Assembly: GCA_958009085.1 (NCBI GenBank)
Contig: OY253679.1
Coordinates: 496,001 to 560,000, forward strand
Reading direction: 5' to 3'
DNA from: Protoeuglena noctilucae
Lineage: Eukaryota
DNA length: 64,000 nt
The position numbers and the translations under genes are program-made. The notes beneath the pieces were generated by a model. It ran no database searches. It was not told where the DNA came from and worked only from the letters and a program-made list of their open reading frames with translations. Positions 10,601 through 22,377 of this stretch are shown piece by piece. Positions within the stretch are counted from its first letter, which is position 1; the number at the start of each line of letters is the position of its first letter.

Positions 10601-13600
10601 GTTTCCTGTGTTGGCGCAGCGGGAGCCCCGGAGCCCGAGATACGGCAGCGGGGGCAAGTCGGGGGCGACTCGAGAGCGGCGGGGAAAGTGACATCGACTT
10701 GTTTGGTGAGAGCTATGGTCGCTAGAAGTGGACTCGCGTAGCCTGTGTATCAATCCCCTGCGCTCCATTGTTCCTTACCCGAGGACCGGGGGGCTGGCTC
10801 GCAGGGGAAGCAATTCTATCAAGCGAGCGGTCTGACCTGAACGCTGCGGACGACAGCGCGTGGCATCAACGGCAGTGGGTGGAGACCATCGAAGCCGAGC
10901 CCCACGGCCTGGATATGAACGCTGTGCAGGTGCCTGCGGTGGAGCAGACCCCATGCCACGTACCAAATGGCGGCCTATTTTGCGATTATCTACCTTATCT
11001 ACCTTTTGCGGTCCTCGAGGTGCCATTGCCGAGGTGATATTGTCCTGTATAAGCGCAGGATGTCTTCCGTGCTCTGCTTCGCATCTACTCAGGCGCAGTG
11101 GTCACGGCACTTGGGTCAGCATGTGGGCGACTGCTGGAGGGGATGAAGCGTTCCCTGATTTCCGTGTCAGGAGCACCTGAGCGCGAATGGCTTCCTGCGC
11201 TGCTGGCCGCCTTGCAGAACCCGCTGCACTCTGCAATCGATTCTGGCCCGCGATCGGCCACGGGTGGCCCAGGGCTGTCGGGAGCCATTGGTGAGTGACG
11301 CCACAGAACTCTCCAAAAATCTGCGATGCAACACACCCGATGGATGATGTCACGACGACGCAACCTGCCTGTGCGGCTTCCCACAGCTGCCACGCTGCTG
11401 GAGGGCATCAGCCACGTCGTGTCGAAACTTTCGGTGGACTCCAAGGCAAGGCGTTGCGCATGTTCCTGCTGGTGGCTCACTCTTGCAATCCTTCCCTGAC
11501 AACAAGCGGCGCCACTCCGTGTTGCAGTCTTTACTCGCCGTGTGGATCTCCGAGCTACCTCCTGACGTCGTCGTCATCCGTGTGCTGCGGCCGTTGCACA
11601 CATACGTCACCGAGCTCGTCTTGCAAGCGCCTGTGCAGGCAAGTGCCCCTGCACTGAGCTCGGAAGCGTCAGCGCTCAGCCGCCGCACCGCTAAACCACA
11701 GCACCTGGTTGCGACTGCGATGCATGTGCTTCTGTGCGCAGGGCTGGGAGGCAGTCAGGGAACGCATCTTAATGGCGGCGCATGTCGTGGACACAGTGCA
11801 CCGGGCGTCTGCCCTGGCTGGCGGCCGAGCTCCGCAACCAGTGGGTGTCAGCAGCCCCACCCGCTCCGGCCTCGTCCTTGACAGAGATCCCCTTGACCCA
11901 TGGGCGGAGCAGCACGCCATTCCAGCACAGGAGTTTTACAACCGTGCACTTGGGTGCGGTGGTATTTGTTTCTGCATTTCGCACCGCAGACGGTTTTCGC
12001 TCTCTTGTGGGTTTCAGTGTGAGTGACCCTATAGGCATTTACACCGTCGTGTCACCACAGGACGCTGTCGGACGAGCTGCTTGATTTCGAGTACCGGCAG
12101 TGGGTGTCGTCATCGGCAGGGGAGGACGGCGCCTCTCCCTTGCTACTGAGCTTGTGCCAGGTTCCCTACATGCTCGACTCGGAAACCAAGTCCCGCATCC
12201 TGCTGCTCGAGGTATGGCACGGGAGGCACGTGAACTTAATGGCGGGTCTGCATGTGTGGCGTGCTCTCCTTTGACCGTGGCTCCACCTGCCTTGCGCAGG
12301 CCCTCTACCAGAAACAGCACGAGGTCCGCACGGCACACATCCAAGCGCTGGCGGAGGGCACGCCCCATGACCGGGCCCAGTGGTTGTACGTGCGCGTGCG
12401 CAGGTCACACCTGCTTGAGGACACCCTGCGGCAGGTCGTGCAGAAGAGCGCGGACTTGAAAAAGCCACTGAGGTGAGGCGCTTGATACTGGGTAAGGTTC
12501 TTACTCGAAGTCGGCGGCGCCTTTCTCAATCCCCCTTCGAAGGAACTTCTAGCTACGGGCGCTTTTCTCTGCAGGGTGACCTTCGTGTCAGCAGGGGTGC
12601 AGGAGGAGGGGCTGGACGAAGGCGGTGTGGCCAAGGAATTTTTCCAGCTCCTGGTCCGCGAGCTGGTGGATGCGAGCTACGGCATGTTTGCTCCCACCGA
12701 GGGGGGTCGGTACACCTGGTTCGACACGCGCTCAACGGAACCGCCCGTCAGCTTCCAGCTCGTGGGCATGCTCCTCGGCCTCGCCATCTACAACGGCCAC
12801 ATTCTCGACATCCATCTCCCTCCAGGTGGGTTGTCCTGTCTTCATGCAGCCTGTCACATGCCTCCTTGGCGCGTCATCCACCAACCTGTGCTTGTCGGTG
12901 GTCACAGTCGCGTACAAGAAGTTGCTTGGCGTGGAGCCGACGCTGGACGACTTGCGGGCCGCCTTCCCCACGTTGGCGCACGGCCTGCAGCAGCTCCTGG
13001 ACTACACGGGCGACGTGGAGGCGGATCTGTGCTACATGTTCCGTGCCGACATCGACGTCGGAGGACAGCGGTCAACGGGTGAGTTCAGAGAGCACAGGAC
13101 GGCGGTGACAGCGCAAAGTCCATAGATAGCTGCAAGCCAGCATGCCTTCTCTTGGTGTGTGCTCCGTGGCGCGACCCTTATTGGCCTTGGATGTTGCGTT
13201 GGGCCGAGCATCGCACATTCCCAACCGCTGCTTACAGTGGATCTGGTCCCTGGGGGCGAGCTTATCTCCGTCACGTCCGAGAATCGCGGGCAGTTCGTGG
13301 AGCTCTACGTCCGGCACGTGCTGAGCGCATCAGTGCAAGAGCAGTTTGACGCATTCGCGGCGGGCTTCATGCAAGTGTGTGGAGGGCCAGCTCTGAGCAT
13401 GTTTTCCCCTAGGGAGTTGGAGCTGCTGGTTTGTGGCCTGCCCCATCTGGACTTCGAGGCAAGGCGCCACTTGGAAGAGGTCGCGCCCTGGGCTGGCTTC
13501 CGCCAGTGTATCGACGATTTGATTTCACGTCTTCCTATCCTGGCCTCGCAGGCACTCCAGAAGGCCACGCAGTACGAGGGCGGTTACGGCCCCGAACACC

Positions 13601-14045
13601 CTGTCATCAAGTGGTTCTGGGAGATCGGTGAGGAAGTGCGTGCAAGGCCCTCCCTGGGATTCTCCAGCAGGCGCCACCGCCAAAACGTGCCCGCAACGCA
13701 CCTGATTCTCGCAGTCCACGGGATGTCCTTGGAAGATAAGAAGCGTTTTCTTTCCTTTACTACGGGATGCGACAGGTCCGTGCCTGACTGCTGCCTTGTC
13801 TGCTCCCGCGCCATTCCAGTGAGCCAGCCGCACCGTGCATCTACTCCGTCCACCGCAGAGCGCCCATTGGGGGCCTTGGGGCCCTCCAGCTCGTCCTCCA
13901 ACGTAATGGCGGGGACACAATGCGTCTGCCCACTGCTCACACGTGCTTCAATGTCCTCTTGCTGCCGGAGTATGCGAGCTTCGAGACGCTGCGGGATCGG
14001 CTCCTACTTGCCATCGGCAACGCCCGCGGCTTTGGCCTGCAGTGA
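7664..14045 (+). CDS. RCC1-repeat + HECT E3 ubiquitin ligase (HERC-like), ~20 introns
   Basis: RCC1 repeats ([54 protein letters not shown]) followed by HECT motifs [38 protein letters not shown] and catalytic [17 protein letters not shown]...GFGLQ*. Confidence 0.92.
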
Positions 14046-14297
14046 AGCTCGCCATGAGATCGCCGGGACGCACGACTGCTATTAGATTCTCGTTGCAAAT
14101 ATGCTGTACTTGCTCAGCGTCCCTTCGCTTCCCTCAGGCGCAAAGCAGAGCGGTTGTCTAATCTGCGGCGCCACTGTGACTGTCCAGGTCTTGCCCTTCC
14201 TCCTCAGCTCCCTCCATACGTCATGTGTGACAGCGCATTTTCTCCCGTCCTACCCACCGTCTACTTGTGTGAAGACTGGCTAGATCGACGCCAGCGC

Positions 14298-15389
14298 TCA
14301 TGTGCTCTTGCGCTTCTTGCCCGGCATAGCGGCCACGTCAATGTATCTCTGCACCACACGCTTGGCGAACGCGAGGTACGCCTCGGCCGCGCAGTCCCCC
14401 GACGCGTGGAAAAACTCTCCCACGCACGCCGACTCGGCGACCTTCTGCGACGAGTGTCCTGCCCCCCGCGGAACGGGCTGGAGTGTGAGCGTCCAGCGCC
14501 CTGTCGCATCGGCCTCCAGCACAGTTGCTGCCACGGTCGGTGGAACCCCCAGCGCCCTGTTCTCCCTTGTCCTGCGAGGGGGCGCGCACGCTCTCGTAGA
14601 CGGCAGCTAGCGCGGTAGAGTCCACCTTCCACACGGCTGGCAAACGGGCAGGTCACCGTATGGTCCCGTCCCGCTCCGCGAAGTGCGAAAGGGCATGAGC
14701 AGCCCCCGCACACAGCACCCACACGACCACGCATGCCGCAAGCATCGGCTTGCTCGCTGGGAACGGCATCGGCACCCCCATGTACTGGTGGTAGTGCGAG
14801 AAGACGCCTGCGGCGGTGGACACGGAGTCGGGCGGCGTTTGTTGCCGTGGCTCAGCTTGACTGACGCGGAGCCTCCACGATGCGACGCACCCACAATCGT
14901 GCACACGAAGTAGAGCGCAAGCTTCGCGTCCTGGATCCTGCAGTCCACCTCGAGGCCTGCGTCCCTCATGGCCTGCGCGCGCAAGACGGTGCCTGAGCCG
15001 TTTGGCGATGGCTAGATGGCGCGTGGAGCGCACCGCGCATCACTCGCGCAATCACAGATGCGGCACACGCGCGCGCGAAGCTGCTCCCGCCTTCATCGTG
15101 AGAGTGTCGAGCGTCTCCTTGAGACTTGCTGCATCGTACAAGTTCGACACCTGCGAGCAAATGCAGGGCCACATCGCGTCGCGGAAACCGTCCTTGCAGC
15201 GGCGTCTCGTAGGCGAGCGATGCACCGGGGACCGGGGAGCAACTCGTTCACGTTCGCCCGTGGCGCCCTCCGTACCCCGGCGCCAACAGGCCCGAAGCGC
15301 CCATCCCTCACCGAGTAGTCCTCCACTTTGCTGTCTTCCTGAGATCGCTGCGCAGGAACCGCGTCCTGGTGGCCGCCTGGCCCGCCCAT
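14298..15389 (-). CDS. SPCS2: Signal peptidase complex subunit 2 (SPC25 family)
   Basis: Spliced VSNLYDAASLKETLD..GLEVDCRIQDAKLALYFVCTIV.., two hydrophobic helices (..FPASKPMLAACVVVWVLC..), C-term WTLTL..SACVGEFFHASGDCAAEAYLAFAKRVV and a basic tail; layout matches plant SPC25. Confidence 0.75.
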
Positions 15390-15637
15390 GGCCGCGGATT
15401 CCCTCTCCTCCGTCGTCCGTCGCGGAACCGATCCCGATCCAAATCCAGGAGCAACACGGAGCTGCAGGCGTCACACCTGACCGCCTCGCGTGTCCGCGTG
15501 GTCTAACTCCCCCGAGCTGCTGTGACACTGCCCCACTGACCCCAGGCGTCTGACCGACGAGCCCGCGGCGGAAGCGAGCCCCCTGCGGGCCGTGCGTCGC
15601 AATCCGCTCACCGCCGTCGTCGCAAGATTCCGCCGGT

Positions 15638-17158
15638 ATGACCCAAGTTGAGGAGGTCTGCACACCAGGTGCGAAACCCGGGCGGAACTGCGCGCACAGG
15701 CGTCGGCGCTGCTCACCCCGCGCCTCCCGAGGTCAGGATGGGGCCTGGATGTCCCGTGCTCGCTCGGCAGCCGTTGCAACGCGGCATCGACGAGGGGCTG
15801 CGGGGACAGCCCCCGGGGCCGCCTCGCTCGTCGGCGTCGGCTGGCGCCCCTCCACTCTGGCGAATGAGGCCATCGCGGCATTCCCCAACTTTGATGCCGC
15901 AACGTCGCGCAGCGGCTGTCCTCCACCGCAGGATCGGCAAGCTCGGAAGGGGAGGGGAACGGGGCCGTGAAGCGCCCTATGGCTGATACATTGGGTTCGA
16001 AGAGCGTTTCTTCCGCCATGACGTCCTTCAGCACCACGCGGTTCCACCACGGGCACCCGTGGCACGACCTCCCCATCGGCTCGGACGCCCCCGATATCAG
16101 TTGGGTCCTGCCGCCCCGCGTGCAGCATCTGAGACACCGTTTGCAGAAATAGCCATGGCCCGATCCGGGTTATATGCCGCACGGGTGCCTGACTGCCCGC
16201 ACAAAGCATCATCGTCCACTTCCCGCGCCTCGCGCAGTCAACGCCGTCATCGAGATCCCCCGTGGATGCAAGGTCAAGTATGAGTTGGACAAGAAGACGG
16301 GCATGCTGATGGTGAGATGCTCTGCCAGGCTTTGACGCCGGAGCGTCGCGGGGAGGCACCAGCCTCCCTGCGACCTGCGCACTGCGCCCACCCCGTCGCA
16401 GGTGGACCGCGTTCTCTACTCGTCCGTCGTGTACCCTCACAACTACGGCTTCGTGCCACGCACGCTGTGCGAGGACCACGACCCGATCGACATCCTGGTC
16501 CTCATGCAGGAGCCGGTGGTGCCCATGGCCTTCCTCAGGTGCAGCCCCGGCACTGCCATCGGCGTCGCAGGGCAGGCTAGCTGCTTTAGGTCGTGGCAAT
16601 GACGGGGCCAGGACGCGGGCTGCCTTTCCTTCGCCGCAGGGCCAAGCCGGTGGGCGTGATGCACATGCTGGACCAGGGGGAGCGCGACGACAAGATTATT
16701 GCGGTGCACGCTGACGACCCCGCTTATGGCTTCTACAACGACATCTCGGAGCTGCCCAAGCACATGTGAGGGGGCACGCTGCGAGGGGATGCGGACTGCC
16801 GCGCGTGGCTGCATGACCCTGCAACAGCGTCCTCTGCTTCCGCCGACACGCAGTCTCCAGGAGGTGCGGCGGTTCTTCATGGACTACAAGGCGGCGGAGG
16901 GCAAGGAGGTGGTGGTGCAGGAGTTCGACACGGCGACAGGCAAGCGCCCCGCGACCCACGTGCAGCAGTGCCGCAGTGCAGGCACCGTGCGCGGCGTCGC
17001 CGTTGCTCAGCGCTGCCACGGGCGCGGGTGGCACGGCGCAGGGCGCCCGGCTGACGCCCGGCTGACCCTCCCTCGCAGTGGCGAAGCGTGTCCTCAAGGA
17101 CGCCATGGACATGTACGCGAGCGAGGTGACGAAGAGCATTCACGCTAAGGACATGTGA
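15638..17158 (+). CDS. PPA: Soluble inorganic pyrophosphatase, family I; start codon uncertain
   Basis: [85 protein letters not shown]. Confidence 0.95.
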
Positions 17159-17295
17159 GGGGCAGCCCCAGGCTAAGAGAGGCTTGCACAGACACAGCCG
17201 CCGCAGCCAGTGGCGCGGGACGGTCACAGGGCGCAGGCGTGGGGTGTCGACGCCCACGCCGGCAATTGAAGGAGCGCTGGCGACACTTTAGCAAA

Positions 17296-18688
17296 TCACA
17301 TGTGCCCGCCTCCCTCCCGTTCGGAGCCCACCGGAGCCCCCGTCGTGGAGCCCCCAAAGGGCTCCCTACCCACCAGCCTCGTCCCCAGCCCCGACAGCGC
17401 GTGAAACTCGGCCGGGCTGTCCGTCAGGACCCGAGCCGACTGCACGCTCAGCTCCCGCAGCACGAGGGCTGCCGCCATCAGGCTGCGGGTATCGCTGAGG
17501 GGCACGTCTTGCTCTGTGTACCAGTGGCCAGGGGCACAAGGAGCAGCAGTCCGCACGCAACGACCCCACCTCCCGTCGCTTTCTTCCGCCCCCTCGTGCC
17601 TCGCTGCGATGCTTCCGCTGCCGTTCATGCGCTGCGCTGCCCTCAGCTCCTCTCCCAGCCCTGCACTGTGACCACCCCGCACATACACCAACACCCCCCG
17701 CCCCTCCTGCGCAATGCGCCTCATTGCCCGGTGCACATCGTCCCCTGCGTCGGCCCCTCCCGCGGCGAACACGTCGCTCAAGACGCTCTCCCTGCAGAGG
17801 ATGGGCCTGGCCGCACTGAGCTGCCACCACCGCCGCACATCTCAATCAGGGAGGCGCGCAACGCACGCCCGCCAGCCTCGGCGAGCTCGCCGGTGAACGC
17901 GGACCAGCACGTCGCCAGCGCCCCGCACGTCTCCCTTGATAAACGCCAAGTGCTCCTTGCCATCGATCCTGGACCGGAACGCCGCCACCTGGAAGGTCCC
18001 AAACTTGGTGGGCAGGGGCGCCAGAGCGTCCAGGGACACCAACTGCTCGTGGCGCAGGCGGTATCGGACCAGGTCCCTGCAAACCACGAACGGGCCTCGC
18101 GTTCGCACGACGCCTGCCAGGCCAGGACAACACATGGGAGAGGGGTCTTGCAATGACCCGGATCCGGGTCTTGCAATGACCCGGATCTACCCCCACCTGA
18201 TGGTGATGCACTTCAGCCCGTGCTCTTTGGCAAAGGCCTTGAGCTGCGCGGTGCGCATCATGGCCCCGGTGGAGTGGTCGACCACCTCGCAGAGGACGCC
18301 GCAGGGGGCGCATCCCGCCAGCCGCGCCAGGTCGACCGACGCCTCGGTGTGCCCGGGTCGCTCGATGACGCCGAGGGGGCGGGCGCGCAGGGGGAAGATG
18401 TGGCCGGGGCGGTTGAAGTCTCCCGGATGCGAGGACGGGTCGGCCAGGGCGCGGACGGTGAGGGCGCGGTCGGCCGCCGAGATGCCCGTCGACGTGCCCG
18501 CCTTGGCGTCGACGGAGATGGTGAAGGCGGTGTACATGGCCTCCTCGTTGCGGCGGTCGGACACCATCAGGGGCAGGTCGAGCCGGGCCAGGTCCTCCGC
18601 TGTCATGCCCACGCACACCAGGCCGCTCGAGTGGCGCACCAGGAAGGCCATCTTCTCCTCCGTGACCTTCTCCGCCGCGATGATGAGG

Positions 18689-18719
<31 letters not shown>

Positions 18720-19035
18720 GCACCACCACGAACTCCCCCTCGCGCAGGGCCACCACGGCCGCCTCGATGGCGTCGAACCCTGGCAGCGGCTCGCCGTAGT
18801 CCGGCCCAGCGACGAACGCGGCCGAGGGAGGCGCTCCCTCGACGACCGAGAGCACGAACGTCGACACGTGCAGGCGACGGGGCCGCTCCTGCCCGGGGCG
18901 CCAGGCAGACGACCCCATCCGAGCGCAGGGGGCCGGCTGCGGCCCGAGACCGCTACGCCGTATCGCCGACTTAAATCGCTCGATGCAGGCCGCCCCGGAT
19001 GCCCCTCGGCCGCCGCAGCGCGCCGACAGGGACAT
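17296..19035 (-). CDS. RIBA-like riboflavin biosynthesis protein: DHBP synthase + degenerate GTP cyclohydrolase II; likely plastid transit peptide
   Basis: VVVLDDEDRENEGDLI..TAFTISVDA..TGISAADRALT..RPGHIFPL..RPGHTEASVDLARLAG..GVLCEV; then LPTKFGTF..EHLAFIKGD..VLVRVHRESVLSDVF lacking the Zn-binding cysteines. Confidence 0.92.
18143..18187. repeat. Short perfect tandem duplication (gggtcttgcaatgacccggatc x2) inside an intron
   Basis: Two adjacent identical 22-nt copies separated by 1 nt. Confidence 0.85.
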
Positions 19036-19312
19036 CCGTCTGTGGCGTCGCGACTGCGGGACGCGCGCGCTTGATACACGTCGGTAATCCAAGAAAAGGG
19101 TCTCAAATGCAACTCGCGACGTCTGGGGAGGCTGCGCGAGCGCTCCCCGCTGCAGGCAGGCCTCGCAGGGTCTGCCAGTCCATTTGCCCTAAAGCAGAGC
19201 CATGTGAGCCTTATGAGGCCCATTCACGTGCGACGAGGTTTGCTGCTCGATGCCCGTGCCGCGTGCGACGGCATGGTTCACACAAGGCTACATCTACATA
19301 GCTATCCCGTAC

Positions 19313-19391
19313 GCCACCGCGTGCGCATCAGGAGGCGCGGTCCTGCTCGAGGTTTCCCGCTCCTCCGTCATGACCCTCGGCACCACGGGGC
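19313..19391 (-). promoter_or_regulatory. Eukaryotic SECIS element (form 2) in the 3'UTR of the small selenoprotein gene
   Basis: Minus strand: gccccgtggtgc cgagggtc ATGAC GGAGGAGCGG g AAA CCTcgagcAGG a CCGCGCCTCC TGAT gc gcacgcggtggc. AUGAN/NGAN core, helix II with one mismatch, unpaired AAA, CCT/AGG mini-stem and a pairable helix I. Confidence 0.85.
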
Positions 19392-19551
19392 GCAGGGCAG
19401 GACATCCTCCACCAAAACGAAGCTCCTGGACCGGCAAGAGATGCAGCCGAGCAACACAACGCTCGGCAGCCCTGCGTGGCCAGAGCACGGGCCCTGCGGG
19501 AAGTCACAGGCCCACCGAGCTGCCATGCCCCATCCCATGCCACTCGAGAAG

Positions 19552-20079
19552 CTAACTGCTCGAAGACGACTCGACGTGGGCGTCCAGCACGATGTGTGAC
19601 GTGAGGGGCGCGTCGAGCTTCTTGGCCGACTTCAGGCCCATCGAGGTCATCATCTGCGCACATGTGCGGCCTCTGCATCCGGCAATGCGGTCGAAGTGCC
19701 AGGCTGGGACGGGGAGGTGCGGCCCCCGGGCTGGGGCAGGACCATGCTCACCTTGGTGAAGGTGTTCTTCAATCACTTCGCGTGCTCCTCCGGCGTCGCC
19801 TCGACAAACTGCAGCGTGGAGAGGAAATGTCGCGGTTTTTGGGACACACGAGACCACGCGGGCGTCCATCTCATGCCCAGCGAACCCTCACCTCCTTCAC
19901 ATGCTCCCGGAAGCGCTGGTACCGTCCCTTGGATGGTCCCTGCGTCGGCAAAGGATAGACCTCGGATACAGCTCTGACGTGGCCCCTTGCGCGGGCGTTG
20001 GCGCACAGGCACAGCGCTTCTCGCAGCCTACCTCCCCGGCTCCATCCTGGCCGCTGCGCTCGGACGACGAGCAGCTCAT
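19552..20079 (-). CDS. Small (84 aa) candidate selenoprotein; in-frame TGA at 19775-19773 read as Sec
   Basis: Exons 20079-20032, 19939-19892, 19808-19752, 19653-19552, all GT-AG phase 0: MSCSSSERSGQDGAGE|GPSKGRYQRFREHVKE|FVEATPEEHAK-U-LKNTFTK|MMTSMGLKSAKKLDAPLTSHIVLDAHVESSSSS*. SECIS ~160-240 nt downstream of the TAG. Confidence 0.85.
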
Positions 20080-20528
20080 CCTGCCCCTGTCGCCCGTTAC
20101 CAGCAAGCCTACCAAGCCGTCGAGATTGCGCGGATTGCGCGGCAGCACGTTGGGCACGCCGTCCGGGTTCCCCCGCGTGCTGTGTCGAGGAGAGTGGAAT
20201 GCACGGCTGATGTGGGGTGCGGACAGACGCAAACAGACGCGTTGGGGAATAATCGGACAATGCTGCCGGCATCTCTGCCATCTGGCGCATGGAGGGCCCG
20301 ACCGAGCTGCCAGGCCCCTGGTGTTCCTGACACATCAGTGGAACCGCGACCACCCTCTTCGGCCTCTGCGCCTCCTGCCGACGTGCATGTCCCATCCGCA
20401 GCGGCTCGTGGTGTTCCTCCGCGCCGTGGGCAGGAACGCCTTGCGGGTGCGTTGTTCCGGAAACAGGGCGTGGCAGCTGTGAACCTGCGCCGAGGGTGCT
20501 GGCACCGTCCACCATGCCGATGGTAGCC

Positions 20529-22059
20529 ATGTCGGGGTTTCTGGGGAAAGCCGTGGAGTTGGCCGCGCGGCGGGCTCCCTTGTGCCGGTGAGAGATCAGC
20601 GCGCCTTGCACGAGGGGAAGAGCGCGCGATTTCGCGCTGTTCACGAGATTGTCTGTCTCTCTGTACGTCGTCAAATCGCCATCGTCGTCTGGTGCTGCAG
20701 AAAGAGCTGCCGGGGCCCGCTGGTCACGCGGGCGCTGCTCACGGCGGCTGAGGGGGTTTCACCCAAGTGGAAGGACAGCGGGAGGGAGGTTTCCATTCAG
20801 GCGAGCCACTTCAGACCTGCGGGTAGGCAGTGAGAACGCAGGCGGCGCCCTGCGCGGGGAACAAGCTTAGACAGAGGCATGGCTTCCGCAGGTCCCGGTC
20901 TATGCGGGCGTGCGCCGGGAAGACATCAAGCTGGAGGCGCACCCAACACGGCTGAAGCTGACCGTCTCGGGCAAAGTTCTCGTGGAGGTGAGGAGGCAGG
21001 CGGAACAGCAGGCGCGCTGCGTGGCTTTGCTGGTGTGTCACGCCTTCCAGGGTCCCCGCGCTGCAGGGCGACCTCGCAGGCCGCATCGACCCCATCACGT
21101 CCGTCTTTGCGATTGAAGAGGACGGGGCGTCGGGGAGGATCGTGGAGGTCCTGTTCGACAAGGCGGACGCCATGCCGTGGACGCAGTGCTTCGAGGAGAG
21201 GTGAGGCACATGTCGAGCCACCACGGCAGCGTCTCCGCAACCCCTGCCAGTGGGGGCCGGGTACAATCTAGCCTCCAGCCCCGCCACACCCCCCTCAACA
21301 CCCCGTCTCCCACGCCGACCTGCCTTTGCAGGAAGGTGGACCCCAAGGTGACCAGCAGGGTCTTCTTCGACGTCTCCATCGACGGCCAGGACGCCCAGCG
21401 CGTCGAGCTGGGGCTGTGGGGCAACGTGGCCCCCAAGTGCGCGGAGAACTTCCGGGCGCTGTGCACGGGCGAGAAGGGCGTGGGCAAGGCGGGGGTCGCC
21501 CTGCACTTCAAGGGGAGCAAGTTCCACCGCGTGATCCCCAACTTCATGATCCAGGGCGGGGACTTCACCAAGGGCGACGGGACGGGCGGGGAGAGCATCT
21601 ACGGCGCCACGTTCGACGACGAGGAGTTCCTGGCCAAGCACTCGCGCCCGGGGCTCCTGTCGATGGCCAACAGGTGCCCTGAGCGCGCCCACTCGCTGTC
21701 GCTGGCTGGTCGTTGCGAGTAGTTTTCTCAAGCATCTCCCACGGGCCTGGCATGCAGGGGCCCTAACACGAACGGCTCTCAGTTCTTCGTCACGACTGTG
21801 CCGTGCCCGCACCTGGACGGCAAGCATGTCGTGTTTGGGGAGGTGCTGTCGGGGATGGACACGATCAAGGTCGTCGAGTCGAAGGGGTCCAGGAGTGGGA
21901 AGCCCGAGGTGGGGTGCCTGTGCTTGTCGAACCGCATTGAGCGAGCAGCCTCGTTGCCCGCCGTCCGAGGGATCCACGCATGCGGCTCAGGCGACGCGCA
22001 GTGCCCCGCGGTGCGCGCAGGTCGACATCGTCATTCAAGACTGTGGCGAGCTTGCGTGA
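20529..22059 (+). CDS. Cyclophilin PPIase with N-terminal organellar transit peptide and CS (p23-like) domain
   Basis: [28 protein letters not shown]-like [57 protein letters not shown]; cyclophilin [63 protein letters not shown]. Confidence 0.9.
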
Positions 22060-22377
22060 TGATCATATGTGCGCCACCGGCGAGCGCAGGAGTAAGTTGG
22101 CAGGGTGGCAATCCAGGACGGGTTGCGCCCACGCACGCCGCGCTCGCGCCACGGCCCGCCAATGGCTCGCCGCCCTCTCCTGGCTGGCGGTTTCGCAGCA
22201 GTGCGAGGATCGACCTGCAATCACGGCGCCTCTCTATGCGCAGCGCCGCGTGAAGTTGGTCATCTCACATGGTCGAATGGCGTCGCAGCGGGTCCCGTTA
22301 CTGGCAACAATCGCAATAGAGCACGCAAGGCTGCACACGAGCGCCGCTGAAGGCACGCCTTTTGGAGAAGTGGTGCG

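Noticed and set aside
20080..20530. Minus-strand ORF upstream of the selenoprotein ATG (part of the 267-aa track entry)
   Set aside because: Different frame from the first selenoprotein exon, overlaps the cyclophilin start and lacks clear coding bias; treated as 5'UTR/promoter, although an extra upstream exon cannot be excluded.
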